Shown here: positions 45,693-54,010 of the stretch, one piece after another
Numbering within the stretch: the first letter of the stretch is position 1
Layout: the number at the start of each line of letters is the position of its first letter
Assembly (NCBI GenBank): GCA_037135295.1
Contig: JBAXKN010000001.1
Span: forward strand, 1 to 54,010
From: Candidatus Saccharimonadota bacterium
Lineage (GTDB): Bacteria > Patescibacteriota > Saccharimonadia > Saccharimonadales > Saccharimonadaceae
Direction: 5' to 3'
DNA: 54,010 bases
Made by a program: the position numbers and the translations under genes
Notes under the pieces: model-generated
Database searches by the model: none
What the model saw: only the letters and a program-made list of their open reading frames with translations
Told to the model about the DNA's origin: nothing

Positions 45693-46244
45693 TTGTTTGC
45701 TCTTCAGACCTTAACGCTTATTTTACCAGTTTCGGTGTCTGGTGTTATGCTGATTATCTGTCTAAAAACGGGTGCCTTTTCATCGTGGGACATACCAGTA
45801 GATCACGGTATTTTATTTAAGGGTAAATCACTATTCGGTCGAAACAAAACCTACCGTGGTGTGATTATATATATAGTTGGATCTTTGGCTACTACAGTAT
45901 TGCTATGGTCATTACGTCTGAATGGTGAGATGTGGGTTCACTGGGTCTTTGCATATAACCCAATTGTACTGGGTTGCCTTTTTGGTCTTTCATACTCACT
46001 GGGCGAATTGATCAATAGCTTTATTAAACGTCGCCTTGGTATTAAACCGGGAGGTGTAAATTCACATTTTACCGAAATTCAATATTTTTTTGATCTTGTG
46101 GATGGACCGGTTGTAGTAACTATAGTTTTGATTGTTATTTATGGCTTTAGTTGGCAATCTTTGGCGGCCCTGTTTTTTGGGGTTTTAATCCACTGGTTTG
46201 CCGAGTTTGCCATGTATAAGTTAAATCTTAAAAAGAAGCATTAA
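45693..46244 (+). CDS. CDP-archaeol synthase (CarS, DUF46) family CTP-transferase-like membrane protein
   Basis: 183 aa, 5 TM helices. Motifs KGKSLFGRNKTYRG, GELINSFIKRRLGIKPG and a C-terminal YKLNLKK resemble the conserved G(D)GKTWRG / SFIKRR / LNLK blocks I recall for archaeal CarS. Confidence 0.65.
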   Translation: MFALQTLTLILPVSVSGVMLIICLKTGAFSSWDIPVDHGILFKGKSLFGRNKTYRGVIIYIVGSLATTVLLWSLRLNGEMWVHWVFAYNPIVLGCLFGLSYSLGELINSFIKRRLGIKPGGVNSHFTEIQYFFDLVDGPVVVTIVLIVIYGFSWQSLAALFFGVLIHWFAEFAMYKLNLKKKH

Positions 46245-46832
46245 GGCTGTAGCCGCTAGAGGCACAGTAAGGTTATCACTCCCAAAAGGCGAGAAACGTT
46301 CTACTACAGTAACCCCAAGGGCAACTCCCATGGCCATTAATAGCGGTGAGTTTGTACATAAAATTATTACTACACTTGCAATGGCAAAGAAAACAAGTGA
46401 GCCTGCTATCGTCTTCTTGTTTTTATTTAGTAAATATACCGTTAAACCTGCGCCACTATCGGCAAGAGTTAAAATTAAAATACTGGCAACATAAATATAG
46501 GGCGTATGAGACACAAGTACGAGGGGTGCGAGTATACCAATTGGAAGGAACACTTCTCCGTATGTTGGCCGTTTAACGCCATTTATAGATGAGAGTAGTT
46601 TTTTCCGAAATGAGATTGCGATAAACAAAGCCAGAATTGATACAATAAATACATATAACCAGATGGGACCTTCAATAAATCCCAAAGTAGCTACTATACC
46701 TAGTGTTATATGTACAAGTTTACGCGTTATTTCGGGAGAGACACGAAATTTACGACTGGTATACTCGATTACAGTAACGATGACAATTGGTAAAAGTATA
46801 AGTATTGCCGAAATAATAGGACGTCTAATCAT
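46221..46832 (-). CDS. polyprenol (dolichol/phytol) kinase-like protein, CTP-transferase 1 family
   Basis: ITRKLVHITLG and ADSGAGLTVYLLNKNKKTIAGSLVFF patterns are as in SEC59/VTE5-type kinases. I moved the start to ATG 46832 (MIRRP), which forms an ATGA overlap with the upstream GNAT stop. Confidence 0.6.
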   Translation of the reverse strand: MIRRPIISAILILLPIVIVTVIEYTSRKFRVSPEITRKLVHITLGIVATLGFIEGPIWLYVFIVSILALFIAISFRKKLLSSINGVKRPTYGEVFLPIGILAPLVLVSHTPYIYVASILILTLADSGAGLTVYLLNKNKKTIAGSLVFFAIASVVIILCTNSPLLMAMGVALGVTVVERFSPFGSDNLTVPLAATALMLLFKI

Positions 46833-47305
46833 TTTTTCGCCAATCTGACTATATAGATTGCTTGTCGTTTTGCTAAATGACTGGCAACTCGTAGGCATGA
46901 ATGGACGCGTTTTGTAATAAATTTACCTCGGCTTAGTGACGTAATTTCTAAAAGTGAGGATTTATGATAGCCATGGTTGTTACAGAAATGATTGATAATA
47001 TATGGGGAATATGAAGCCACAACGTAAGTCTGGTTTTTTAGAGTCAATTCATCAATAAGTCGAGAAAAAATTCCTTGACGTCGATAGGATGGGTGAATAT
47101 ATGCGCCACCTATTTCGTAAACATTACTACATAAATGCTCAGAGATTAGCCAACCAACAATCTTGTTTTCATCTCGGGCAATGGCGATCTTGTTCGATTT
47201 TAGTGAAGCTTTTGATCGAGGAGTTAGTTCGTCAGTTTCATTAAGTAAGCGAATGATTTCATCTAGGTCTTTTGCGGTGGGATCAGTAGTGACGGTTATA
47301 GCCAT
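46829..47305 (-). CDS. GNAT family acyltransferase
   Basis: Acetyl-CoA-binding motif YRRQGIFSRLIDEL. 158 aa. Confidence 0.75.
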   Translation of the reverse strand: MAITVTTDPTAKDLDEIIRLLNETDELTPRSKASLKSNKIAIARDENKIVGWLISEHLCSNVYEIGGAYIHPSYRRQGIFSRLIDELTLKNQTYVVASYSPYIINHFCNNHGYHKSSLLEITSLSRGKFITKRVHSCLRVASHLAKRQAIYIVRLAKK

Positions 47306-47898
47306 ATGAATCCAATGATGCCAATTATTATCGCTACTGGTGCCCAGAATAATAAGGCGCCTGACTTTCGAGTTTTTATATTAGACAATTGGAGAAGAGC
47401 AAATATTGAAATACAACCGGCAACAAGTAATTGTGGTAGTTGTACTACATGTACAATAATTAAAAATATAAATGTAATTAGTGATAAGTGGCAAGTAATT
47501 AAACCTCGGTAGTAAGTGATGCCTTTTTTCTTTATGTAGCCTTCTTGGTTAAATCCTGCAAGTCGAATTATGCCAGTGGCAATTACAATAAAGCCTACGA
47601 TTGCGCCGAGTGTTCCTGGTAAAATTTCTTTCCAAATGACTAATGCTGAAAGTAGAGAGTAGTTGAATGAATCGACTATACTGTCGAGCTGACGACCGAA
47701 TTCGCTAATAAGATTTAGTTTACGCGCAACGAAACCATCAAGACTATCGAGTAAAAATGCTCCAACCGCCATAACTACACTGGCTTTAAGATTGTTCGAG
47801 AGTAATAGTAAAATTGCTATCCATGAAAAAAGCAGGCTCATCAATGTAATGGCGCCAGGTATATGTAGTTTATTTATTATCTGTTTTGCGTTTTTCAA
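47296..47898 (-). CDS. CDP-alcohol phosphatidyltransferase (phosphatidylserine/archaetidylserine synthase-like)
   Basis: Complete family signature DSLDGFVARKLNLISEFGRQLDSIVD (D-x2-DG-x2-AR-x8-G-x3-D-x3-D) plus about 6 TM helices. Confidence 0.85.
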   Translation of the reverse strand: MKNAKQIINKLHIPGAITLMSLLFSWIAILLLLSNNLKASVVMAVGAFLLDSLDGFVARKLNLISEFGRQLDSIVDSFNYSLLSALVIWKEILPGTLGAIVGFIVIATGIIRLAGFNQEGYIKKKGITYYRGLITCHLSLITFIFLIIVHVVQLPQLLVAGCISIFALLQLSNIKTRKSGALLFWAPVAIIIGIIGFIWL

Positions 47899-50185
47899 GT
47901 ATTATTTCTCCTGATAACCCGTCCATTATAACAAAATCACCATTTTTGTAACGGGTTGTTGAGTCTTGAGCGCCAACTATAGCCGGAATACCAAGCTCGC
48001 GAGCGACGATGGCAACATGTGATAGGGCGTTACCACGTTCTGTTATTACACCCACAGCTTGCGTAAATAGTAGTGTCCAACCCGGATCAATGTGAGTAAC
48101 AACTAAAATTTTACCCGATATATCTAGGTGCGGGTTAAAAGTCGTTGCAACAACAATATATCCGGATACTTTTCCGTTTGAAACACCTGTTCCGAGTTGA
48201 AGTTTACCAGACGGCTTTTTTTCATTAACTAAGTGGATTGGAGCGATTTTGCCCCGCCCTGAAACAAGCAACGACATAGTGCAAGATTCATACTCTTTTA
48301 TTTTATTTTTTCGACTAGTTACTAAATATTTGGCGTTGTAGTCCAATGTGTGACCATTGATAATCTCTTCAATTTCTCGTTCGTATAGATAGTAAATGTC
48401 ACGTGGGGTATCGATAATACCTTCGTCGGAAAACCTCTTGCCAATAACCAAATAGGCATCGCTTGCCATGCGGAATACTTGAGCCCTGTTAAATCTAAAA
48501 CTTTCGCGCCAGTCGATAGCTTGGCGTGTATTTTTTGCAAGGTAGTGTATCAACAGTCCGTGGGTAGAGATTTGCGTTCCGCTATTAGGTGGTGAATTGT
48601 AGTTTGAACCGTTGGAATGGCTAGCGAGTATCATGATGTCTTCTATATTTTCTGTAATAGGAACACTCTCAAGTTTAAGTTCGTCTGGAGTTCTAGCGGA
48701 ATATTTCTTGGTGTACGCCATTGTTTTATCAATACACTCCTGCCATGACTCAGTATTCTTTAATAAATCAATCGTAGTCACATTCTGTTTTTTTATTTGA
48801 GAATTTATAAAGTCTCCGAGTTCTTGAAGCGCTTGAAGTGGTTTAATACTCGCTCGTTTTGTTAAACCTTGTAATACCTGTAAGTACTCTTCGTGACTAT
48901 ATCGCTTGAGAAGTTGTTTTTTTAGCATACCGTGAAATACCATAGTACGAAAGTCATTAAGCACTGGCATAGCCCATAATTCAAGCAAACTACTCTTCGT
49001 TTGTTGGATATTGTAGAAAATAGTGTTGGCATTCACGTTATCAGGTATAGCCTGATGAAGAGCACCGTACCGTTGTGAAAATAGGCGAGTGAACTTTCGA
49101 GAAATTCTAGGAGAATTGAGTATTACCCATATAAACCTGGCTATCGCCATAGTAGATCTTACATCCATTCGTGTAGTGTTCTTTAAAGCACCACGCTTTT
49201 TAACTGGATTTAACATAGATTCAAAATAGACCTGGTTATGTCGACCTGGGATCAACTCGACCAGCTTGTACCAGTTTGAAATACGATAATACACATGACC
49301 ATTTAGATATCCCAGCATATTTTCAAACACGTCTGATTTTGCGTTTAAGATATTTTTATTTATACCGATTATTTGCAAAAACTCTGGGTATACTTGTGCA
49401 TATATCGAACGAATAAATGAATAAGTTAGAGGTAATGTCGTACCTGGGTAGTTTTCTGAAATATTAGTACTATCCCAAACTAGATCATAATCAAGATTTG
49501 TTGTAGTTTGAGGCCGCATTTGCAAGTACACAAGGCTTTTGCCGTCATATGACCACTCAATATCAAGTGGCATATTAAGTGTCTGTTCTAGTCTACTTAC
49601 TTCATTAGCGAGTTTCCGCATGTGGCTAGGTGCTACGCTATTGGCGATGCTAATTTTTGGAACCAAATATTGCTTAGCAGACTCATTCTCTACAACGGCG
49701 TTCTTCCATGAGTCGGTGTAGACAATGTGCATATTACCATTACCGTCTTCACTAAAAATAACGCCACTCTGTTTTCCATAAAACATCTCTTGAACGATCA
49801 ACGAACCACCAGCTTTTAGCTCTAAACCATGTTTACACGCATATTGTCTTACGCCTTCGCTGAATGTACTTTTATAACAATCAATAATGTATTTTTTCAG
49901 TGCTGTTTTTGAATATGTGATGTCGACAAATGACTTGTATTGACCAGCAAATGAAGAGCGCTCACCGTCTTCTTGAAGCGCCGATGTCCGAAAACTTACC
50001 TTGCCCCAACCTTTTTTTTCAAGCTCGAGGTGTACCTTGTCTATAGCTGCATTATTAAGGGTTATTATGTCCGTCTTGCGATTTTTTTCAATGGCTTCAT
50101 CGAACGGTATAATTAAAAAATCTGGTACCGAAAGCTGGAACTCGTCTCTCAATCGAATCAAATTATTCGCTTTGTTGCCTATCAT
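47870..50185 (-). CDS. three-domain PEP-utilising-enzyme-family dikinase (rifampin-phosphotransferase-like architecture)
   Basis: N-terminal PPDK_N/ATP-grasp motifs (GNKANNL, SFRTSALQEDGERSSFAGQYKSF, LIVQEMF..QSGVIFS). An unassignable central region of about 430 aa. C-terminal swivel His domain ERGNALSHVAIVARELGIPAIVG. I moved the start to ATG 50185 (MIGNKANNL), which overlaps the UbiA stop as ATGA. Confidence 0.8.
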   Translation of the reverse strand: MIGNKANNLIRLRDEFQLSVPDFLIIPFDEAIEKNRKTDIITLNNAAIDKVHLELEKKGWGKVSFRTSALQEDGERSSFAGQYKSFVDITYSKTALKKYIIDCYKSTFSEGVRQYACKHGLELKAGGSLIVQEMFYGKQSGVIFSEDGNGNMHIVYTDSWKNAVVENESAKQYLVPKISIANSVAPSHMRKLANEVSRLEQTLNMPLDIEWSYDGKSLVYLQMRPQTTTNLDYDLVWDSTNISENYPGTTLPLTYSFIRSIYAQVYPEFLQIIGINKNILNAKSDVFENMLGYLNGHVYYRISNWYKLVELIPGRHNQVYFESMLNPVKKRGALKNTTRMDVRSTMAIARFIWVILNSPRISRKFTRLFSQRYGALHQAIPDNVNANTIFYNIQQTKSSLLELWAMPVLNDFRTMVFHGMLKKQLLKRYSHEEYLQVLQGLTKRASIKPLQALQELGDFINSQIKKQNVTTIDLLKNTESWQECIDKTMAYTKKYSARTPDELKLESVPITENIEDIMILASHSNGSNYNSPPNSGTQISTHGLLIHYLAKNTRQAIDWRESFRFNRAQVFRMASDAYLVIGKRFSDEGIIDTPRDIYYLYEREIEEIINGHTLDYNAKYLVTSRKNKIKEYESCTMSLLVSGRGKIAPIHLVNEKKPSGKLQLGTGVSNGKVSGYIVVATTFNPHLDISGKILVVTHIDPGWTLLFTQAVGVITERGNALSHVAIVARELGIPAIVGAQDSTTRYKNGDFVIMDGLSGEIILEKRKTDNK

Positions 50186-51006
50186 ATAAACAACAATAAC
50201 CCTTGGATTGCCAGTGATATGCCAAACGCTGCTTGTATCAACTCGAATTTTCCAGAATAAGTAAATAATACCGAAATCAGAGCTAATATTAAATGCCAAA
50301 TATTACCAGTTATAACAGATAGAAAAATACCGATAAATGACACCATTGTTATAAGTAGTACAGTTGTAAAAGGCGCACCCCATACGGCAGGGTAGGAATC
50401 TTTAACGATCTTACCATGTGTATTATGACGATATTCTAGTTTTCGAATAATTTCGAATACAGACATTGTCATTACGAATGCCAGACCGCCGAGTAGCGCC
50501 CTAAGGTTTAGCTGTACGCCAAAAGTTATAAAACCCCACATAGCAAACACGACAAATATCATCTGATGAGTAATAAAATATATAGTAAAGTGTTTATTCA
50601 GCCATGATGATATAAAAAATTCTTTTGCTGTCAACGCAGAGTATACTAGCACCGGTATGTAAAATATGACTGCTTTAGGGTTGATAATATACAATGAGCC
50701 GAGTTCAATAATAAGTGAGATTACTCCAATGCCAATTAATTGCCGTGAGCTGATTGCTCCGCGTTGAAAAGGACGGTTGGGGTAGTTTTTAGAGTCATGA
50801 TCTATATCTTTGAACTCATCAGTTACTCGAAGTCGTAGTAGGAATGCCGCAAATGATAAAGCTACTAGCCCTATGATTACGAAACTAGTCGCAGTACCAG
50901 TAAGATGACTACATACACCCATAATCATCAAGCTGTAGCTAAGCGACAGTAATAAGACAAGTTGGACTGGAAAACGTTCTTTAAAGTACAGGATGATTGA
51001 ATTCAT
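50182..51006 (-). CDS. UbiA-superfamily prenyltransferase (divergent)
   Basis: First Asp-rich motif TDEFKDIDHD followed by NRPFQRG. 8-9 TM helices. The second Asp-rich motif is poorly conserved. Confidence 0.7.
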   Translation of the reverse strand: MNSIILYFKERFPVQLVLLLSLSYSLMIMGVCSHLTGTATSFVIIGLVALSFAAFLLRLRVTDEFKDIDHDSKNYPNRPFQRGAISSRQLIGIGVISLIIELGSLYIINPKAVIFYIPVLVYSALTAKEFFISSWLNKHFTIYFITHQMIFVVFAMWGFITFGVQLNLRALLGGLAFVMTMSVFEIIRKLEYRHNTHGKIVKDSYPAVWGAPFTTVLLITMVSFIGIFLSVITGNIWHLILALISVLFTYSGKFELIQAAFGISLAIQGLLLFI

Positions 51007-51167
51007 CTCTCGATTATATCACTCTTATAACTATGTGTTGGATTATGATGAAAGAATCAATCAATATAAAATTTATCGACTTGTTGAGTTCTTTTTCGGT
51101 AATCTTTTTTTATTAATATATCGACATTAACAAAAATACTTCCAGATTCTTAAAATCTGACAATATT

Positions 51168-52322
51168 TCACTTTACTGTTACGTTATCAGATGAGTTATC
51201 AATTTTCTCTTGATCATTTCTTGTTGATATAAATATATCTGATGTGGTAAGTAGTAATATGACAATTAATGGTCCGTAAACTATCCCTATTGTACCAAAG
51301 TAATATAATCCACAAAAAGTTGCTAGTGTGGTTATGGCAGGTATTACGTTGGCCTTTTTCGGAATTAAATGTGGCCTCATTACAGTGTCAAGGTTGCATA
51401 TTAACCCCAGATATATCACAAGGCTCCAAATGGCTGGCCAAGTATTACCTATAACCATTTGAATAATTATTATAGGTATAACGACTATCCCACTGCCGAG
51501 TGGTACCATACCTAGAATTGTAAAGACGAATACAAATAAAACAAAAAACTGCATCATTCCAAATGCAATACCTATTAAAAGTGCCGAGCTAATAGCTGTT
51601 ACTAACGATATAATAAATTGGCCTCTTAAACTAGCCGCAACAATAAGACCAGACCTGTTTATGTATTTATTACTGATATCTTCATCAAAGGGACTTATGT
51701 TCCTGATGTACTGCTGTAGAGATTCATTGTGCTTTAGTATGGCTAGAAATATAAAAGTATAGACTATTACTGATGTAAATAAATATGGAATATTGGAAAG
51801 AAAGTTAGTTATTCCCTTGGTCATCTGATTAATAGTTAAGGGTAAAAGTTTATTAAAAAAATCCGCTAATGAATCTGCGTTAATTAATGAATTATTTCCA
51901 AATGGGGCTAGTAGACTATTTATATTCGATACTACCGAGCCATTAATTATTCTTGTAAATGTTTGTGAATCAAAGTTTACTCCTACTAACGTCTTTGAAA
52001 AGTTAACTAATTGACTAAACGCAGATACGGATAAGACCGCGATAGGAATAATAATAATCAAAGAACTGATTAAATAAACAATAACCGACGATATATTATC
52101 TGGTAGATATTTTGTCGATTTCCGGTAAAGCGGTAACCAAAGGAAAGCCATGAGTGCAGCCAGACAGATTGTACCGATGAAAGGTGAAAAGAATAAGAAA
52201 GCAACTACGATACAAACAGCGCCTATAATAGTCCAGTTAGGCTTTCTTTTATTTATTACCTTTATGTTTTGCTCCTTATTAAATATATTTTGTATTATGA
52301 CTCTAACAGGAGCGTGCGTCAA
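51168..52322 (-). CDS. AI-2E (PerM/UPF0118) family transporter
   Basis: 384 aa and about 8 TM helices, with the size and topology typical of the family. The family call rests on general resemblance only. Confidence 0.6.
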   Translation of the reverse strand: MTHAPVRVIIQNIFNKEQNIKVINKRKPNWTIIGAVCIVVAFLFFSPFIGTICLAALMAFLWLPLYRKSTKYLPDNISSVIVYLISSLIIIIPIAVLSVSAFSQLVNFSKTLVGVNFDSQTFTRIINGSVVSNINSLLAPFGNNSLINADSLADFFNKLLPLTINQMTKGITNFLSNIPYLFTSVIVYTFIFLAILKHNESLQQYIRNISPFDEDISNKYINRSGLIVAASLRGQFIISLVTAISSALLIGIAFGMMQFFVLFVFVFTILGMVPLGSGIVVIPIIIIQMVIGNTWPAIWSLVIYLGLICNLDTVMRPHLIPKKANVIPAITTLATFCGLYYFGTIGIVYGPLIVILLLTTSDIFISTRNDQEKIDNSSDNVTVK

Positions 52323-52365
52323 CTTTTTTTAATATTTTACACCTGATGAATGCAGAAGAGTATAG

Positions 52366-52605
52366 TTATGAATCTTCTTTTTTATGGTCGGCGCTATTAT
52401 AATCATTAATAAGATTCAATGTCTTATTAATCATGGTCATACGTTGTTCATTAGCCACTTTACCATCTTCTGTCATTTTTTTTGTGTCTTTTATGATTTT
52501 GCGGCTACTATCGATTATTTCTTGATGAGTTGTGGGATGTAATTGATTTACTTCCAAAACATCTTCTCCTTCTGCTTTTGATTGATTTTGATTTTCTATA
52601 GACAT
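52366..52605 (-). CDS. small hypothetical acidic protein
   Basis: 79-aa ATG ORF with GGAGAA upstream. Confidence 0.5.
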   Translation of the reverse strand: MSIENQNQSKAEGEDVLEVNQLHPTTHQEIIDSSRKIIKDTKKMTEDGKVANEQRMTMINKTLNLINDYNSADHKKEDS

Positions 52606-52756
52606 AATTATTCTCCTGATTGCATGCTTATATTATAAAACATAAATATTACAAGATACAATACTCAAGAATCATTTTTATGGAACCAGACCGACAGGTT
52701 TTCAGCTAAATAACGATATTCATACCGTCTATTCATTACTGTAGTATTATATTTAT

Positions 52757-53185
52757 ATGACAGTTAATAAACAAAATTTGAATAAAAAGCAGGAACTATT
52801 CCGTAATATGTTTGTAGGGATTTTACTTTATTCTGTTGTACTTGGTTTTTTTAATGACTATACTAAAATTTTGCACACAGGCACGTACTCTATAACTTTC
52901 TTGATGGCGATAGTTATGCAGATTCTGACGTACTTAACATACTTGGTAAAAGACAAATTTGTGGACTGGTTTAATAATCGCAAGGAGCCAAAAAGCAAGC
53001 TGTTGTTAGTGTTTGGTGTTTGGTTGGTAGTTTTCTTGTCGAAGTTTGTATTTTTATGGGTTATAGATTTAGTATTTCGTGGTACGGTTGAAATTAGCGG
53101 TTTCTTGGGATTATTGCTCATGATTGTAATATTGACCATCATTCAGAAACTAGCCGAGATTGCATATTCCAAGCTCGGGAACTAG
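52757..53185 (+). CDS. hypothetical 4-TM membrane protein
   Basis: 142-aa hydrophobic ORF. Confidence 0.6.
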   Translation: MTVNKQNLNKKQELFRNMFVGILLYSVVLGFFNDYTKILHTGTYSITFLMAIVMQILTYLTYLVKDKFVDWFNNRKEPKSKLLLVFGVWLVVFLSKFVFLWVIDLVFRGTVEISGFLGLLLMIVILTIIQKLAEIAYSKLGN

Positions 53186-53223
53186 ACTCAGATGTTTAGA
53201 TAATAATATGATAAACTACACTT

Positions 53224-53532
53224 ATGAATAAAAATAAAAAAACACTTATAATCATCGGATTGGTATCATTCTTTGTTGTTACTGCGGCTGTATTAGGATA
53301 CTTAATAATTAGTCAGCCTCATGGTAGTAAGCTTATAATTGTAAAATCAAAAAAATATAGTTGTAAAGTTGAAAATTGCCCCGAAATGAACGGTAAAACA
53401 CTAGAGGGAAGTGTCGATGTTTACTATGGAATTAAATCAGAGGAAGAATGTAAAAGCCTAGAAGGTCATCCAATAATAGTTTACTTTGGATTTGTCGGAG
53501 AAAGAGTCTACTTGGACTGCGGCGTGAAATAA
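53224..53532 (+). CDS. small hypothetical membrane-anchored Cys-containing protein
   Basis: 102-aa ORF with an N-terminal TM helix and four Cys residues. Confidence 0.5.
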   Translation: MNKNKKTLIIIGLVSFFVVTAAVLGYLIISQPHGSKLIIVKSKKYSCKVENCPEMNGKTLEGSVDVYYGIKSEEECKSLEGHPIIVYFGFVGERVYLDCGVK

Positions 53533-53552
53533 TAATCAACTTTAAAAATTTA

Positions 53553-54010
53553 TTAATATCCCAAGAATTCTTCAATTAAAATACTATGCTTGTTGATGCC
53601 ACTTTCGATTAGCATTTTACGTATTGATACCACCATAGATTTTGGACCAGTAACATAGTAATTAGGCTTAGTAGAGTCTGTAATATATCTTTCAATCATG
53701 TCGCTATTAACGCGACCTATTTCTGCTCCACCGAGCTTTTCAATTGGATCGGTTATTGTAGGTATGAAATGAAAACAGTCATTCTTTTTAGTATATTCAA
53801 AAAAATCATTTAAAAATACTGCTGAACCTACAGTTTTATTTGAATAAAATAAATACATTTGTTGGTTAAGTTTGTCGTGTGTAGCTTGCGAAACGATACT
53901 TCTTACTGGAGTCACGCCGATTCCTCCAGTTATAAAAATAGCTGGTTGTGAGCCCTGTTTTAATGTCAGCTTTCCATTAGGTCCATCAAGCTTAATTACT
54001 GACCCAATTT
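53553..54010 (-). CDS. ferredoxin-NADP reductase-like oxidoreductase, C-terminal NAD(P)-binding part (5' end beyond the window)
   Basis: The reading frame stays open to the window edge. The translation ...GPNGKLTLKQGSQPAIFITGGIGVTPVRSIV... shows the FNR-type GGIGVTP motif. It ends ...EEFLGY. Confidence 0.75.
   Translation of the reverse strand, partial: IGSVIKLDGPNGKLTLKQGSQPAIFITGGIGVTPVRSIVSQATHDKLNQQMYLFYSNKTVGSAVFLNDFFEYTKKNDCFHFIPTITDPIEKLGGAEIGRVNSDMIERYITDSTKPNYYVTGPKSMVVSIRKMLIESGINKHSILIEEFLGY

Noticed and set aside
1-54010. Alternative genetic code (UGA recoding, as in some CPR lineages)
   Set aside because: TGA closes several well-supported genes at the expected lengths, for example in the ATGA overlaps at 4836, 17148, 35992 and 50182. 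No motif-supported gene appears to be interrupted by an in-frame TGA.

Overview
AT-rich, very gene-dense bacterial chromosome segment. It reads well with the standard bacterial code: TAA, TAG and TGA all close ORFs, and there are several ATGA start/stop overlaps. The gene content suggests an ultrasmall Patescibacteria/CPR (Saccharimonadia-like) organism. Supporting traits are compact housekeeping genes, a B12-dependent class II ribonucleotide reductase, many membrane-anchored hypothetical surface proteins, pilin-fusion proteins, a T4SS-pilin-like domain and several Nudix genes. This taxonomic call is inference only.

Housekeeping genes recognised by motif: nrdJ, trxA, cobO, lemA, htpX, ligA, a ZIP transporter, prolyl oligopeptidase, an RRM protein, cls, a MurF-like ligase, leuS, rpmF, nusB, rnc, rpsP, a KH protein and trmD. 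RNA genes: tRNA-Gly (partial), tRNA-Cys, tRNA-Leu and tRNA-Gln.

Most interesting regions:
1. 42.2-52.3 kb: two convergent operons mix a CDP-archaeol-synthase-like gene, a UbiA prenyltransferase, a polyprenol-kinase-like gene, a CDP-alcohol phosphatidyltransferase, a rifampin-phosphotransferase-like three-domain dikinase, a GNAT, a 722-aa ATP-grasp fusion and a permease. This is a candidate undescribed lipid or head-group pathway.
2. leuS carries an in-frame insertion with a perfect Nudix box.
3. nrdJ is co-transcribed with DUF4430-like and DUF6580-like genes, faces cobO, and sits behind a pair of NrdR-like boxes. This looks like a minimal B12 capture and use module.
4. A 791-aa collagen-like protein is translationally coupled to a pilin-propeller fusion, and a second pilin shares the same N-terminal module with a different cargo domain.
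5. A T4SS-pilin-like/FN3/M64-like metallopeptidase fusion is flanked by two paralogous genes that look leaderless.
6. The tRNA-Gln and tRNA-Gly loci are surrounded by tRNA fragments carrying structured insertions.

No CRISPR array, transposase, integrase or rRNA was seen. All family assignments come from motifs read by eye. No database search was run.
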